The notes: generated by a model not told the origin, from the sequence alone. Shown: positions 41,552-54,345, counted from the stretch's first letter. The stretch is DNA of 64,000 nucleotides from Synechococcus sp. (GCA_047285805.1 JBJBCN010000003.1:800001-864000); one strand, 5' to 3'. Numbers and translations: made by a program.

Positions 41552-41726
41552 CTAACACATCTGAACTCCTAAGCCAGGAAGAGCTTCTTGGTTGGTGACT
41601 AGACGTTGTTCGCAGAGAATCCACTGGTTTTACCAGATGTATTCAGCCTCAGCTCATTGCTGATTCAAACTTGAGTCAAGATTGAGCTGATGCTGAGTTC
41701 ACTCCCGAAAGAGAGAGGATTTAGCA

Positions 41727-41743
41727 GAACCTTGACAACTGCA
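41727..41743 (+). promoter_or_regulatory. ITS boxA antiterminator
   Basis: GAACCTTGACAACTGCA, preceded by a boxB-like hairpin; complementary to TGCAGTTCTCAGGGTTC after the 23S gene. Confidence 0.75.
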
Positions 41744-41952
41744 TAGGTGAGTCTGGAAAGACAAAAGCATCTCATAGAGGCTAGTTCGAAAGAACTAGTG
41801 ATTCTATTTTTGAGAGCCGAGACCTTCTAGCGTTCTTCCCAATCCGCCGAGGAACGGGGAGTTTGATCCTTGTTTCTAACTCAAGCAGCAATGCTTTAAG
41901 AGAAACTCGAGAGAATGGGCCTCAACAGCCTGAAGCGTTAGGAGGATTAATT

Positions 41953-44826
<2,874 letters not shown>

Positions 44827-44974
44827 AAATCTCATCTCTCAAAACACAACGACTTAACCGTCAACGTGGAGAGCTTTTGAATTCCAGAGCGACTAACTTG
44901 CGCTTGCGAAAGCAAGCAAGAGATCAGTTCGTAACCTGTGCAGTTCTCAGGGTTCACCTGAGAGCGAATACCTA

Positions 44975-45091
44975 TCCTGGTGTCCATGGCGCAGTGGAAC
45001 CACTCCGATCCATCTCGAACTCGGCTGTGAAACGCTGTAGCGCCGACGATATTTGGGGGGTAGCCCCCTGAGAAAATAGGTCGATGCCAGG
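44975..45091 (+). rRNA. rrf: 5S ribosomal RNA
   Basis: TCCTGGTGTCCATGGCG...GATGCCAGG, 117 nt. Confidence 0.96.
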
Positions 45092-45164
45092 TAAAACATT
45101 CGCTCCATTAACTCAATCCATGCTGCTTTCCTCTGATGAGGTCAGCCATGGGTTGAGACGAGAT

Positions 45165-45190
45165 AGCCACCCCAAAAGGGTGGCTTTTTT
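45165..45190 (+). terminator. rrn operon terminator
   Basis: AGCCACCC-CAAAA-GGGTGGCT followed by a T-run. Confidence 0.85.
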
Positions 45191-45330
45191 GTTGCCTACA
45201 AATAGATAGGTGCGAATCAAGCCCGAGCGAGCCCCCCTGCCTGAAGACTTAGCTCGAGTGGTCCAGATGTTTTGGGATGTTGGGCGAGCAACGCAGCCAT
45301 AAGCCTCAACGTCAGCACGTCTGGCAAGAG

Positions 45331-45365
45331 AAAAGCCGCCGGAGCTCAATCCCCAGCGGCTTTTT
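45331..45365. terminator. Possible bidirectional terminator
   Basis: AAAAGCCGC...GCGGCTTTTT between convergent transcription units. Confidence 0.6.
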
Positions 45366-45397
45366 GACTTCATCAATCTAGTCAGACTGCCTCGCAA

Positions 45398-45793
45398 TCA
45401 GGAGCGGTGAACGTGCACTTGCTTCCAGTTGCCACACAGCTTCTGCCAGATCCGTGTTTCGCAGCAGCGTGCTGTTACCGGATCTCCGTTAACCAGCTTC
45501 TGTGTGAGCCGTGTATAGCTCACCACGACGGAATCGTCACTCAACCAACGCAGGTGCGGACGGGCCATGGTCACGTTGACCGCAGGAGCCGGTTGGCTGG
45601 AGTCTCCGGGAAGGTCGAAGTAGTAGCGATGGAAGGGAAGACCTTCCACGAGGTGCCCTTCGCTCTCAGCTTCAAAGCAGCTGAGGTCATCCGAGGAGAT
45701 CGCCGAGTAGGCATGCCAATCCCCGGAGGCCACGCTGGTGAGCATGGCCTGATTCAGTTTCAGGATCTCTAGATCGCGCTCGCTAAAAGCCAT
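45398..45793 (-). CDS. NTF2-like protein (CaMKII association-domain / DUF4440 type)
   Basis: GDWHAYS, LSCFEAE, LVEGLPFHRYYF, ETRIWQ...WKQVHVHRS resemble the CaMKII hub domain. Confidence 0.8.
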   Translation of the reverse strand: MAFSERDLEILKLNQAMLTSVASGDWHAYSAISSDDLSCFEAESEGHLVEGLPFHRYYFDLPGDSSQPAPAVNVTMARPHLRWLSDDSVVVSYTRLTQKLVNGDPVTARCCETRIWQKLCGNWKQVHVHRS

Positions 45794-46526
45794 CTCGAGG
45801 ATTCAGGCTGCCGTAATCACTAATCCTCGCAAAGCGTCCGGGTTCGCGGTCGGGGTTGCCTTCGCGATCGCTGAAGAGGGTCTTCATTCCGGCTGCATCT
45901 GCGGCTTCCAGTTCCTGAATGGCGTCACTAATGAAGAGCACATTGGATGGAGTTGTCTTCATCTCTGCAGCGATAGCCAGATAACTCTGCTGTGCTTGTT
46001 TCGGCCCCGTCTTGGTGTCAAACCAGTGGCTAAAGAGCCCGGTCAAGTCTCCCGCAAGGCAGTGGCCATACAGCAACTTTTGGGCGGGCACGGAGCCCGA
46101 CGAATACACCGCAAGCGTGAATCCATCGTCGTGCCAGCGCTTTAGGGCTACTGGAACATCGGCAAATAGAGGTGCGATTAATTCCCCTGAGGCGTAGCCG
46201 AATCGCCAAATGCGTCCTTGGAGATCTTTCAGGGGCGTCAACTTGACGTCCCGCCCAATCAGTTGCCTGAGGTATTGGCTCAGAGCTTGTACTGAGAGCG
46301 TTGAAGCGGTGTCCTGCTGTTGCAGAAAAGCTCTCGCATCCGGATGCTCGTCCTCTCGCCACGCTACCTCCACATCCTGCATCAGCTTCGCGATGTCGGC
46401 GTTCCCCTGATGCGCTTCCAGGTAAGGCTCAAGAAACGCGCTCGCATAGGGGAAGAGCACCTCGGAGACAAATCTCGCTGGGCACGTCGTTCCCTCGATG
46501 TCCAGCAGGACGTGGCTAACGCTCAT
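45783..46526 (-). CDS. mtnC: Enolase-phosphatase E1 (acireductone synthase)
   Basis: LDIEGTT, LFPYA, LKDLQGRIW, YSSGSVPAQKLLYG. Confidence 0.92.
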   Translation of the reverse strand: MSVSHVLLDIEGTTCPARFVSEVLFPYASAFLEPYLEAHQGNADIAKLMQDVEVAWREDEHPDARAFLQQQDTASTLSVQALSQYLRQLIGRDVKLTPLKDLQGRIWRFGYASGELIAPLFADVPVALKRWHDDGFTLAVYSSGSVPAQKLLYGHCLAGDLTGLFSHWFDTKTGPKQAQQSYLAIAAEMKTTPSNVLFISDAIQELEAADAAGMKTLFSDREGNPDREPGRFARISDYGSLNPRDGF

Positions 46527-46529
46527 CGC

Positions 46530-47162
46530 TTATTTGGCCTGGATGGACTCCAATAGCAGTTGGCGCCAGCGCTGCTCCAGGAGGAACTCCAGGATTTCCA
46601 GGTGACGCATCGCGCTGCCAAGGTTTCGGCCCCAGGCATACAGGCCATGGCCGGCGATCAGTAGACCATGGGGGGCATCTCTTAAGAGCGCTCTGGCTTG
46701 GGTCGAGAGTTCTGCGAGGTTCTGGTTGTTGGCCAGAACGGGAACATCCACGGAGCAGTGGTGGGTCTTGATGCCGTCGAGGCCCTTCAACATCTCCAGG
46801 CCGCTCAGCACAAGCCGTCCCTGACGACAGGCCCACTGAGATAACAGCGTTCCCGCTTGGGAGTGGGTATGTAGGACCGCACCTGCTCCGCTGGTTTTCA
46901 CGATTTCCAGGTGCAGAGCCGTCTCGGCGCTCGCCTTCCCGTTGCCCAAGACCACGTGGCCTTCACGGTTCACCTGAATCAGGTCGATGGGGGCGACCGA
47001 CCCCTTGTGCACGCCGCTTGGGGCCATCAACAGCCGAATGGGGTCGGTATCGAGGACGCAGCTGAAATTGCCTCCAGTCCCGTCGCACCAACCGCGGCGA
47101 TGGATCTCCCCCATAGCTCCGCATAACGCCTTGGCGAGGGCCGTCGTGTTGGCATCGGGCAT
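46530..47162 (-). CDS. mtnB: Methylthioribulose-1-phosphate dehydratase
   Basis: GWCDGTGGNFS, SAETALH, VLHTHS, GHGLYAWG; ATG at 47162. Confidence 0.92.
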   Translation of the reverse strand: MPDANTTALAKALCGAMGEIHRRGWCDGTGGNFSCVLDTDPIRLLMAPSGVHKGSVAPIDLIQVNREGHVVLGNGKASAETALHLEIVKTSGAGAVLHTHSQAGTLLSQWACRQGRLVLSGLEMLKGLDGIKTHHCSVDVPVLANNQNLAELSTQARALLRDAPHGLLIAGHGLYAWGRNLGSAMRHLEILEFLLEQRWRQLLLESIQAK

Positions 47163-47175
47163 CGGCACGTCCAAC

Positions 47176-48033
47176 TCAGGTGGCTTCCCCACCCTGGCAG
47201 GAGGGGCACCAGTGGCTGCTGCGGCCGCCTAACTTGTGACGTCGGATCGGTGTTCCGCAGACCCGGCAGGGTTCTCCGGTGCGCCGGTAGACCCAGGCTG
47301 CATTGCCGTAGTTCCCATTCGTGCCGCTCAGGTCACGGAAGTCGCTGAAGGTGGTCCCGCCGGCACCAATGCTCGTGGTCAGCACCTCCACCAGGGCCGT
47401 GTGCAGCCGCTCGAGTTGCTTTGGCTTTAGGGCCCCAGCCCGCTCCTCGGGAGCAATGCGGCTCATGAAGAGAGATTCATCCGCGTAGATGTTTCCCACG
47501 CCGGCCACCAGGGTTTGATCGAGCAAGGCCGTCTTGATCGCACGGCTCGATCCCTTGAGCTTCTCTTTCAGGTACTGCGGGGTGAATGCCGCGCTGAACG
47601 GTTCCGGTCCCAGGCGCTTCAGGCCGGTTATCACCGACTCCAGCGGTTCTCCGGGGGGCACCCACCACATCTCACCGAAGCTCCGCAGGTCGACAAAGCG
47701 CAGCTCCTGGCCTTGGGGATTCCAGAACCTCACCCGCGTGTGCCTGCAGGGATCCTTCGGGCTCTCCATCCAGAGGAATTGTCCGGTCATCCGCAGATGC
47801 ACGCCCCAATGGCCGGCCTCAGCCCCTGATCGTGTCAGGCGGGCCATCAAATATTTGCCCCGGCGAATCCACTGCTCCACACTGCAGCCCTCCAGGGCCG
47901 AGCAGAACTGCTCCGGGACGGGCGGTGAGGCAATCGCCCGAGCCCGCAAGACCTCAACCCGCTCAATCGTGAAGCCCTGGGTCTGGCGTCCCAGGCCCCG
48001 CCGCACCGTTTCCACTTCGGGGAGCTCTGGCAC
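47176..48033 (-). CDS. mutM: Formamidopyrimidine-DNA glycosylase
   Basis: MPELPEVETV, HLRMTG, GNIYADE, C-terminal zinc finger. Confidence 0.96.
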   Translation of the reverse strand: MPELPEVETVRRGLGRQTQGFTIERVEVLRARAIASPPVPEQFCSALEGCSVEQWIRRGKYLMARLTRSGAEAGHWGVHLRMTGQFLWMESPKDPCRHTRVRFWNPQGQELRFVDLRSFGEMWWVPPGEPLESVITGLKRLGPEPFSAAFTPQYLKEKLKGSSRAIKTALLDQTLVAGVGNIYADESLFMSRIAPEERAGALKPKQLERLHTALVEVLTTSIGAGGTTFSDFRDLSGTNGNYGNAAWVYRRTGEPCRVCGTPIRRHKLGGRSSHWCPSCQGGEAT

Positions 48034-48085
48034 CCGTCGCCCCTGGAGAGATCATGGCCACAGACTGCCATGGAGCCCGAGACAG

Positions 48086-48115
48086 AAAAAACCCCGACCT
48101 GCTCAAAGGCCGGGG
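48086..48115 (-). terminator. Terminator after psaE
   Basis: CCCCGACCT...AGGCCGGGG stem with an adjacent A-run. Confidence 0.7.
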
Positions 48116-48140
48116 ATCGCTGGGAGCGTGATGCGGAGGG

Positions 48141-48350
48141 TCAGGCCTTCTCGAGTTCGCTCTCGGCGAAATTGTTGGTGTTGATGCCGCCTTCGGAGCC
48201 GCTGACGCCGTTGTAGTTCACCTTCTCGAAACGCACCACTACGGGGTAGCGGATGCCGGAGGTGTCGATGGAGGCAACGGTGCCCAGATCGTTGAACCAG
48301 TAGGACTCAGGACGCTTAATGCGCACCTTGTCACCGCGGGAGATGGCCAT
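48141..48350 (-). CDS. psaE: Photosystem I subunit IV
   Basis: [20 protein letters not shown]...VRFEKVNY...TNNFA. Confidence 0.97.
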   Translation of the reverse strand: MAISRGDKVRIKRPESYWFNDLGTVASIDTSGIRYPVVVRFEKVNYNGVSGSEGGINTNNFAESELEKA

Positions 48351-48460
48351 CGCTGCGCTGTAAAGGGGTGGCTGTCATTGGGAATTTACCCGTAGCGGGA
48401 GTCCTGGAGGCTGGGCCGTCACGAAACGTGGCACCATCGATCTCCATCGAGCGTTTCCCC

Positions 48461-49504
48461 ATGGCCGAGGCCCCCACCTTCAGCCTCGACTTGCCAGATC
48501 CCGAGAGCGAAAGCATCAGCTCGATGGAGTTCATGGCTCGGATCGAGGAGGCCTGGGCGGTTTGCGACCGGTTCGACCTGCAGACCGAGATCTGGCGCGG
48601 CCGGATCCTCCGCAGCGTCCGGGACCGGGAGCGCCGCGGTGGCGATGCCCGCGGCGGCGGTTTCCTGCAGTGGTTGCGCGAGCAGGAGATCAGCAAGACC
48701 CGGGCCTATGCACTGATTCAGTTGGCGGAATCCGCTGATCAGATGCTCGGCGAAGGGGTCCTGGAGGAGACCAGCGTCAACAACTTCTCCAAGCGGGCCT
48801 TCATGGAGACGGCCCAGTCGGACCCCGAGGTGCAGCTGATGATCGGCGAGGCCGCTAACGACGGTCAGCAGATCACCCGCAAACAGGTTCGCCAGCTCAC
48901 CGATGAGTTCACCGCCGCCACGAGTCCCCTCCTGCCGGAGGAGATACGGCAACGCACGGCCGAGAACCTGCTGCCGCCGAAGGCCGTCGCGCCTCTCGTG
49001 AAGGAGCTCGCCAAGCTCCCCGACCAGCAGCAGGAGGATCTCCGCCAAGTCCTGCGGGATGAGCCCGAGCTCGAGCGGGTGAAGGACGTCACCAGCACGG
49101 CCCGTTGGCTCAGCAAAGCTTCCGAGGCCGGTCTGGCCGTTCGTGCCTTTCAACAGGGCGAGCTGGATCTGGACAAGGCCATGCAGGAGGCCCTCCGCCT
49201 GGATGCCTTGGGGCTTCTTTCGGATGCCGTCGGCCAAGCCCAAGCCTTGGAATCGTCCGTCCTCAAGCTCCACACCAGCTGGCGCCGACTCAATGGCTTG
49301 CAGGAGCGCCTCTGGGTGGAGAGTGGCAGCAGCACGCCTCACCTGCGAGAGCTGCTTACGGCTCTGCAAACCCTGAGTGGGAACACCATGCGGGTCTCCC
49401 TCGGTGAACTCGCCGGAGGGAAGCGTGTGCGGCTCCAGTTGGTTGAGGAGGCCCCCGATCAGCTCGATGCTCCCACCATTGCGGTGATGGCCCAGGCCGG
49501 CTGA
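48461..49504 (+). CDS. Conserved hypothetical alpha-helical protein
   Basis: Long ORF with host-like codon usage, ATG at 48461, ends 7 nt before recQ. Confidence 0.8.
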   Translation: MAEAPTFSLDLPDPESESISSMEFMARIEEAWAVCDRFDLQTEIWRGRILRSVRDRERRGGDARGGGFLQWLREQEISKTRAYALIQLAESADQMLGEGVLEETSVNNFSKRAFMETAQSDPEVQLMIGEAANDGQQITRKQVRQLTDEFTAATSPLLPEEIRQRTAENLLPPKAVAPLVKELAKLPDQQQEDLRQVLRDEPELERVKDVTSTARWLSKASEAGLAVRAFQQGELDLDKAMQEALRLDALGLLSDAVGQAQALESSVLKLHTSWRRLNGLQERLWVESGSSTPHLRELLTALQTLSGNTMRVSLGELAGGKRVRLQLVEEAPDQLDAPTIAVMAQAG

Positions 49505-49511
49505 GATCCGG

Positions 49512-50999
49512 TTGATGAGCGATCTCCTCGAATCCGCCCTGCAGGAGCACTTCGGCTGGTCGGCCTTTCGTTCCGGCCAACGTCCCGTCATAGAAGCAAT
49601 GCTCGGCGGTCAGGACTGCCTAGCCGTGCTCCCGACGGGGGCGGGAAAATCGCTTTGCTATCAGCTGCCCGCCTTGGTCCGTGAGGGCCTCGTATTAGTC
49701 ATCTCACCGCTGGTGGCCTTGATGGAGGACCAGGTGCAGCATCTGCAGCGCCGCGGGATTCCGGCGGCCTGTCTGCACCGGGGCTTGGATACCGAGCGCC
49801 GGCGCGACCTGCTGAAGCGGGTCCGCAGCAACCGGCTGCGCCTGCTCTATCTGGCCCCGGAGCGGCTCCAGGTGGAGGCCACCCGGAGCTTGCTCGAAGA
49901 GATCCATGAGGAGGGGAAGTTGGTCGGGCTGGCCATCGACGAGGCCCACTGCATCAGCGCCTGGGGCCATGACTTCCGTCCGGATTACCGCCGCTTGGGC
50001 CAGTTGCGCCGTCTCTGCCCTGGGGTGCCCGTCGTGGCCCTCAGCGCCACGGCGGCCCCACGCGTCCGCGCCGATTTGATCCGTCTGTTGGAGCTCCGGC
50101 GCCCGCTCATTCAGGTTCGCTCCGCCCGGCGGGACAACCTCTCCTATGTGATGCGCCGCCGACCCAAGGACCCCTTGCCCCAGGTCCTCAAGGCGCTCGA
50201 GGAGGCCCGCGGGGCCGTCTTGATCTATGCCCGCACCCGGCGCTCTGTGGAGAGCTGGGCCAAGCGCCTGAGCGACAGTGGGGTCGAGGCCATCGCTTAT
50301 CACGCCGGCATGGATCCGGAGAGTCGAGCACTAGCCCTGACCCATTTCCAGGAGCACGAGATGCCGGTCCTGGTGGCCACTGTGGCCTTTGGTATGGGGG
50401 TGGATCGACCAGATGTGGGCCTCGTCTTGCACCTTGATCTCCCGGCAAGCGCCGAGGGCTATCTCCAGGAGTCGGGCCGCGCTGGGCGGGATGGTCTCCC
50501 GGCCCGCTGCCTCGTCCTGTTTCATCCCGATGACCGTTCCAGCCTGGCCTGGGCCATCCGCTCCTCAGCCGAGGAATATGGTGATCCCCAAGACCGCACC
50601 CGGGCGGAACTCTCCCAGCAGCAGCTACGCCGGATGGAGGCGGTTGCGGAGGGTGCCGGCTGCCGCGAGCAGGCCCTGTTGCTCTCCGTGGGTGAGCTCG
50701 TGCCCCCCTGCGGTCGCTGCGATCGCTGTAGCCAAACCCCCCGCTGGAAGGACTGGTCCGATCAAGCGTCCCAAGTTCTCGAACAGCTGGATCAGCGCAG
50801 TGGCGTTGACCTGCGCAGCCTTGGTGAGGAACTGGCGAAGGCGGAAGGGCATGAGGTGGACCAGTGGCGCTGGTTGGCGCGGCGCCTTGTCCAGGAGGAC
50901 CTCATCAGTGAGAGCGATGACGGCAGTCAGCGCCTCTGGCTCAGACCTGCGGGCCGCCGTTTCCTGCGACAGCCTTGGGTATTGAAGTTGGCGGCCTGA
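49512..50999 (+). CDS. recQ: RecQ-family ATP-dependent DNA helicase (no HRDC domain apparent)
   Basis: PTGAGKSLCYQ, DEAHCISAWGHDFRP, QESGRAGRDG, CGRCDRC. Confidence 0.92.
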   Translation: MMSDLLESALQEHFGWSAFRSGQRPVIEAMLGGQDCLAVLPTGAGKSLCYQLPALVREGLVLVISPLVALMEDQVQHLQRRGIPAACLHRGLDTERRRDLLKRVRSNRLRLLYLAPERLQVEATRSLLEEIHEEGKLVGLAIDEAHCISAWGHDFRPDYRRLGQLRRLCPGVPVVALSATAAPRVRADLIRLLELRRPLIQVRSARRDNLSYVMRRRPKDPLPQVLKALEEARGAVLIYARTRRSVESWAKRLSDSGVEAIAYHAGMDPESRALALTHFQEHEMPVLVATVAFGMGVDRPDVGLVLHLDLPASAEGYLQESGRAGRDGLPARCLVLFHPDDRSSLAWAIRSSAEEYGDPQDRTRAELSQQQLRRMEAVAEGAGCREQALLLSVGELVPPCGRCDRCSQTPRWKDWSDQASQVLEQLDQRSGVDLRSLGEELAKAEGHEVDQWRWLARRLVQEDLISESDDGSQRLWLRPAGRRFLRQPWVLKLAA

Positions 51000-52097
51000 T
51001 CAGCCGGGCTTGGCCCTGCAGAGATCCGTGATCAGCTTCTGCTCAAAGTCGCTCTGGGGCGCATCCCAGGTTTTCCACGCCCCCGACTGGCCGGTGGCGT
51101 TCAGGCGCTTGGCGTTGCAGTTGATCGCCAGATACAGCGGTTGCCCTTGGCTATTGAGGCTCGGCGCCACGTAGCTGCCGCCCATGGACTGCCAATTGGC
51201 CCAATCCACCTGAAGGGGGCCGTAGCTGCGCCAGTCCGGAGTGCTGCCCGCTGCGGTTTTGCTCGAGGGCTTCGCTTTGGCCACTGCTGCCTTTGTGAAA
51301 GCTTGCTTGGCCTTCTTTTCGGGCTGAAAAGTCGTGGCGGTCGTTGCGGCGACCGTGGTGGCCACGGAGGGCTTGATCTTTACCGGCTTCGCCTTGGCGA
51401 CTTCGGTCTTGGTGACGGCGGGCTCCACTTGCTTAACGGGAGTTGTTGCTGCCACCACGGCGGTCTTGGGCTTCGGTTTGGCCACCACTGTCACCGCCGG
51501 CTTGGGCTTGGGCTTCGCCGCGACGGGTTTGGGCTTGGGCTTGCTGGTGCTGCGAAGGACCAGGGTGCTGCCAGCTATGACCTGGTTGGGGTTGTTGATG
51601 CCATTGATGGCAATCAGGCGCTGCATCGAAATGCCGTAGCGGTTGGAGATGCTCGAGAGGCTTTCACCAGGTTGGACCTTGTGAGTTTTGGCGTTTTGAT
51701 TTATGGCCACCCGTGGCAGGGCGCTGGCGCCCGGCACTTGAATGCGGCTGCCGGCCCAGAGGTCATTGGCGTCTCGAAGGCCATTCAGTCGAACGAGGCG
51801 ATTGACGCTAGTGCCGTAGCGGTCGGCGATTCCCGAGAGGGTCTCACCCGTTTTGACGGTGTAGTTGCCCGAGCTACCACCGCTGTAGACGTTGCCGGGC
51901 ACCTTGATGCTGCTGCCCGCCCAGAGGTCATTGGCATCGTGCAGACCGTTCATCTCCATCAGCCGATTGACCGAGGTCCCGTAGCGATCGGCTATTTCAG
52001 AGAGGGTTTCACCGCGCTTAACAACCACCTCGCCGGCCACTCCAGGAAGGGGGAGCAGAAGGGCCAGGGCTAAGGCGGCTGCAGTGCGGCGGCGCAT
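51000..52097 (-). CDS. Secreted protein with three LysM domains
   Basis: Signal peptide, three VKxGETLSxIAxRYG-type repeats, K/P/A/T-rich linker, small C-terminal domain; ATG at 52097. Confidence 0.9.
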   Translation of the reverse strand: MRRRTAAALALALLLPLPGVAGEVVVKRGETLSEIADRYGTSVNRLMEMNGLHDANDLWAGSSIKVPGNVYSGGSSGNYTVKTGETLSGIADRYGTSVNRLVRLNGLRDANDLWAGSRIQVPGASALPRVAINQNAKTHKVQPGESLSSISNRYGISMQRLIAINGINNPNQVIAGSTLVLRSTSKPKPKPVAAKPKPKPAVTVVAKPKPKTAVVAATTPVKQVEPAVTKTEVAKAKPVKIKPSVATTVAATTATTFQPEKKAKQAFTKAAVAKAKPSSKTAAGSTPDWRSYGPLQVDWANWQSMGGSYVAPSLNSQGQPLYLAINCNAKRLNATGQSGAWKTWDAPQSDFEQKLITDLCRAKPG

Positions 52098-52182
52098 TTG
52101 GTCTAACAACGGTCGACTGGGCGCACCATACGGGGCCTGGAGGCGGGCGCTAGTCCCTCTCCGATAAGGCATGGAAATGGCT

Positions 52183-53586
52183 TCAGCCCAGCAGGCGACG
52201 CATCAGGGGTAGACGTCCGGCATAGGGGGGGTAGCGGAAGGGCAAATCCAGGGCAAAAGGCCGGTGCAGAACGCTGCGGCGGTGGGAAAACGTGTCGAAA
52301 CCGGCTTGGCCGTGATAAGCCCCCATGCCGCTGCCACCGACCCCTCCGAAGGGGAGTTCGGGAACCCCGACCTGCATCACGACATCGTTGAAGCAGACCC
52401 CACCGGAGCTGGTCTGCCGGAGCAAGGTCTCCTTGTGCTGATTGGAGCGGCTGAAGAGATACAGCGCGAGGGGTTTGGCGCGTTGGTTGATCCACTGGAT
52501 CGCCTGCTGCAAGTGATCCACCTCCAGCACCGGCAGCAGTGGGCCGAAGAGCTCCTCCTGCATAAGTGGATCTTCGGGATCACGGACCGCGATTACAGTT
52601 GGGGCGATGCGTCTCCGTTCCGGGTCGCAGCTCCCCCCAAGAAGGATCTGGCCCCGCTTTCGGGCTTGCTCCAGCAGTCCACTGAGCCGCTGGTACTGGG
52701 CGGCATTGACGATGGAGGCCAAGTCGCATGAGTGAAGAGGCTCCTCGCCAAAGCACGCCGTGATGCGTTCCCCCAGCGCCTGTACCAAGGCCCCGCGGGT
52801 GCTGCGCTCAACCAGGAGATAGTCCGGGGCGATGCAGGTCTGACCGGCATTCAGGCACTTGCCCCAGACCAGTCGGCGACTGGTGACCTCGAGGTCCGCG
52901 TCGCTGAGGACCACCGCAGGGCTTTTGCCGCCTAGCTCCAGGGTGACCGGGGTGAGGTGCTGCGCTGCGGCACCCATCACAACTTTGCCGATGCGCTCGC
53001 CACCGGTGAAAAAGATGTGATCAAACCGCTCAGCCAACAGGGCCTGGGCGGTGCTCCCGTCCCCTTGCACCACCTGTACGATCTCCGAAGGGAAGGCGTG
53101 GGCGATCAAAGCGCTGATCAACTGGGCGGTAGCCGGCGCGTGCTCGGAGGGTTTAAGGATTGCGGTGTTCCCAGCCGCCAGAGCGCTCACGAGGGGCTGA
53201 ATCGCAAGGTGGAACGGGTAATTCCAGGGGCCAATGATCAGGACACAGCCCAACGGCTCACTGATGACCTCAGCCCGTCCTGGCCGTTGGCTCATGGGCA
53301 CGCTGACTGTCTTGGGGGCCATCCAACGCCGCAGTCGCTTGCGGCATAGGTTGATCTCCTGGCGAATCGCGACGACCTCGAAGTAGGCCTCAACATCGGG
53401 CTTGCCCAGGTCGCTGGCCAGAGCAGCCAGCACGGCATCACTGTTGGCGCTGAGGGCGGACTCGAGGCGATCCAGCTGCTCCAGGCGCCACTGCAGGGGG
53501 CGACTTTTGCCATCGCTGACCAGTTGTCGCATCGCGGCGATGGTTGTAGTCAGCTGGAGCACAGGACAAGAGAAGCGCCTGTGCAC
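52183..53586 (-). CDS. Aldehyde dehydrogenase (class 3 type); alternative ATG at 53532
   Basis: PWNYP, LELGGKSP, GQTCIAPDY, EELFGP, PFGGVG. Confidence 0.92.
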   Translation of the reverse strand: MHRRFSCPVLQLTTTIAAMRQLVSDGKSRPLQWRLEQLDRLESALSANSDAVLAALASDLGKPDVEAYFEVVAIRQEINLCRKRLRRWMAPKTVSVPMSQRPGRAEVISEPLGCVLIIGPWNYPFHLAIQPLVSALAAGNTAILKPSEHAPATAQLISALIAHAFPSEIVQVVQGDGSTAQALLAERFDHIFFTGGERIGKVVMGAAAQHLTPVTLELGGKSPAVVLSDADLEVTSRRLVWGKCLNAGQTCIAPDYLLVERSTRGALVQALGERITACFGEEPLHSCDLASIVNAAQYQRLSGLLEQARKRGQILLGGSCDPERRRIAPTVIAVRDPEDPLMQEELFGPLLPVLEVDHLQQAIQWINQRAKPLALYLFSRSNQHKETLLRQTSSGGVCFNDVVMQVGVPELPFGGVGGSGMGAYHGQAGFDTFSHRRSVLHRPFALDLPFRYPPYAGRLPLMRRLLG

Positions 53587-53614
53587 CCTATGGACAACGG
53601 CGAAAATCCCGTGG

Positions 53615-53851
53615 TTAGGGATTCTTCAGGAAGCCCTTGCTTGGTGCCTTCTCTGCGGTGGTCGTGGTGACTTGGGCGGCTGAGATTTTGGCTTCGATCC
53701 AGCGGGACAGGACATAGATGCCGATGAACATCGGCACGTAGATCACCCCAGCGCTGCGCTGGTCCAAATCCAACTGGCTGACCACGGCGACGCCTGCGCT
53801 GCTCAGCGCGAAGTAAATCAAGACTCGGCGCAGAGCGAGCGACTTCAGCAT
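53615..53851 (-). CDS. Small two-TM hypothetical protein
   Basis: 78 aa, ATG start, two hydrophobic stretches. Confidence 0.55.
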   Translation of the reverse strand: MLKSLALRRVLIYFALSSAGVAVVSQLDLDQRSAGVIYVPMFIGIYVLSRWIEAKISAAQVTTTTAEKAPSKGFLKNP

Positions 53852-54114
53852 CCGTTGGGGGCCTGTGGGGTCTTCAGCATTTCATGCGCGCGGATGCTAG
53901 GGCGCCCCTGGTCCACAGAAACCCGTGTGTTTTCTTCTCCAGGCTCCCTCTGATTGCAAGAAGGTTTCATTCAATAAGGGCCTTGTGATTAGTGGGCGCA
54001 AATGCTGCGGTCTTCGTGGCAAGACAGCTGGTGGGTCAACGGAGGGCCAAGGCGATTTGGGAGCCGGAAGGTGTAGTCCAGAGCGAACAATCCATTTGTC
54101 CCCTTCACAGGCAC

Positions 54115-54138
54115 AAAAAAACCGGCTCATGAGCCGGT
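54115..54138 (-). terminator. Terminator of the tRNA-Tyr/Thr transcript
   Basis: Palindrome ACCGGCTCATGAGCCGGT with an adjacent A-run. Confidence 0.75.
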
Positions 54139-54181
54139 GGGGTGACAAGTCTTGTGCCGCTTGACTTGTCGGTGTTTTGGA

Positions 54182-54253
<72 letters not shown>

Positions 54254-54263
54254 ATGTGGAAGG

Positions 54264-54345
54264 TGGGCCGGGTTGGATTTGAACCAACGTAGGCAGAGCC
54301 AGCGGATTTACAGTCCGCCCCCATTAACCACTCGGGCACCGACCC
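54264..54345 (-). tRNA. tRNA-Tyr(GTA)
   Basis: GGGTCGGTGCCCGAGTGG...CTGTAAA...long variable arm...GGTTCAAATCC...CGGCCCA. Confidence 0.96.

Noticed and set aside
45112..45160. CTGATGA hammerhead-like core downstream of 5S
   Set aside because: It is followed by GAGA rather than GAAA, stems I and III cannot be built, and the motif sits at the tip of a simple long hairpin (45112-45157).
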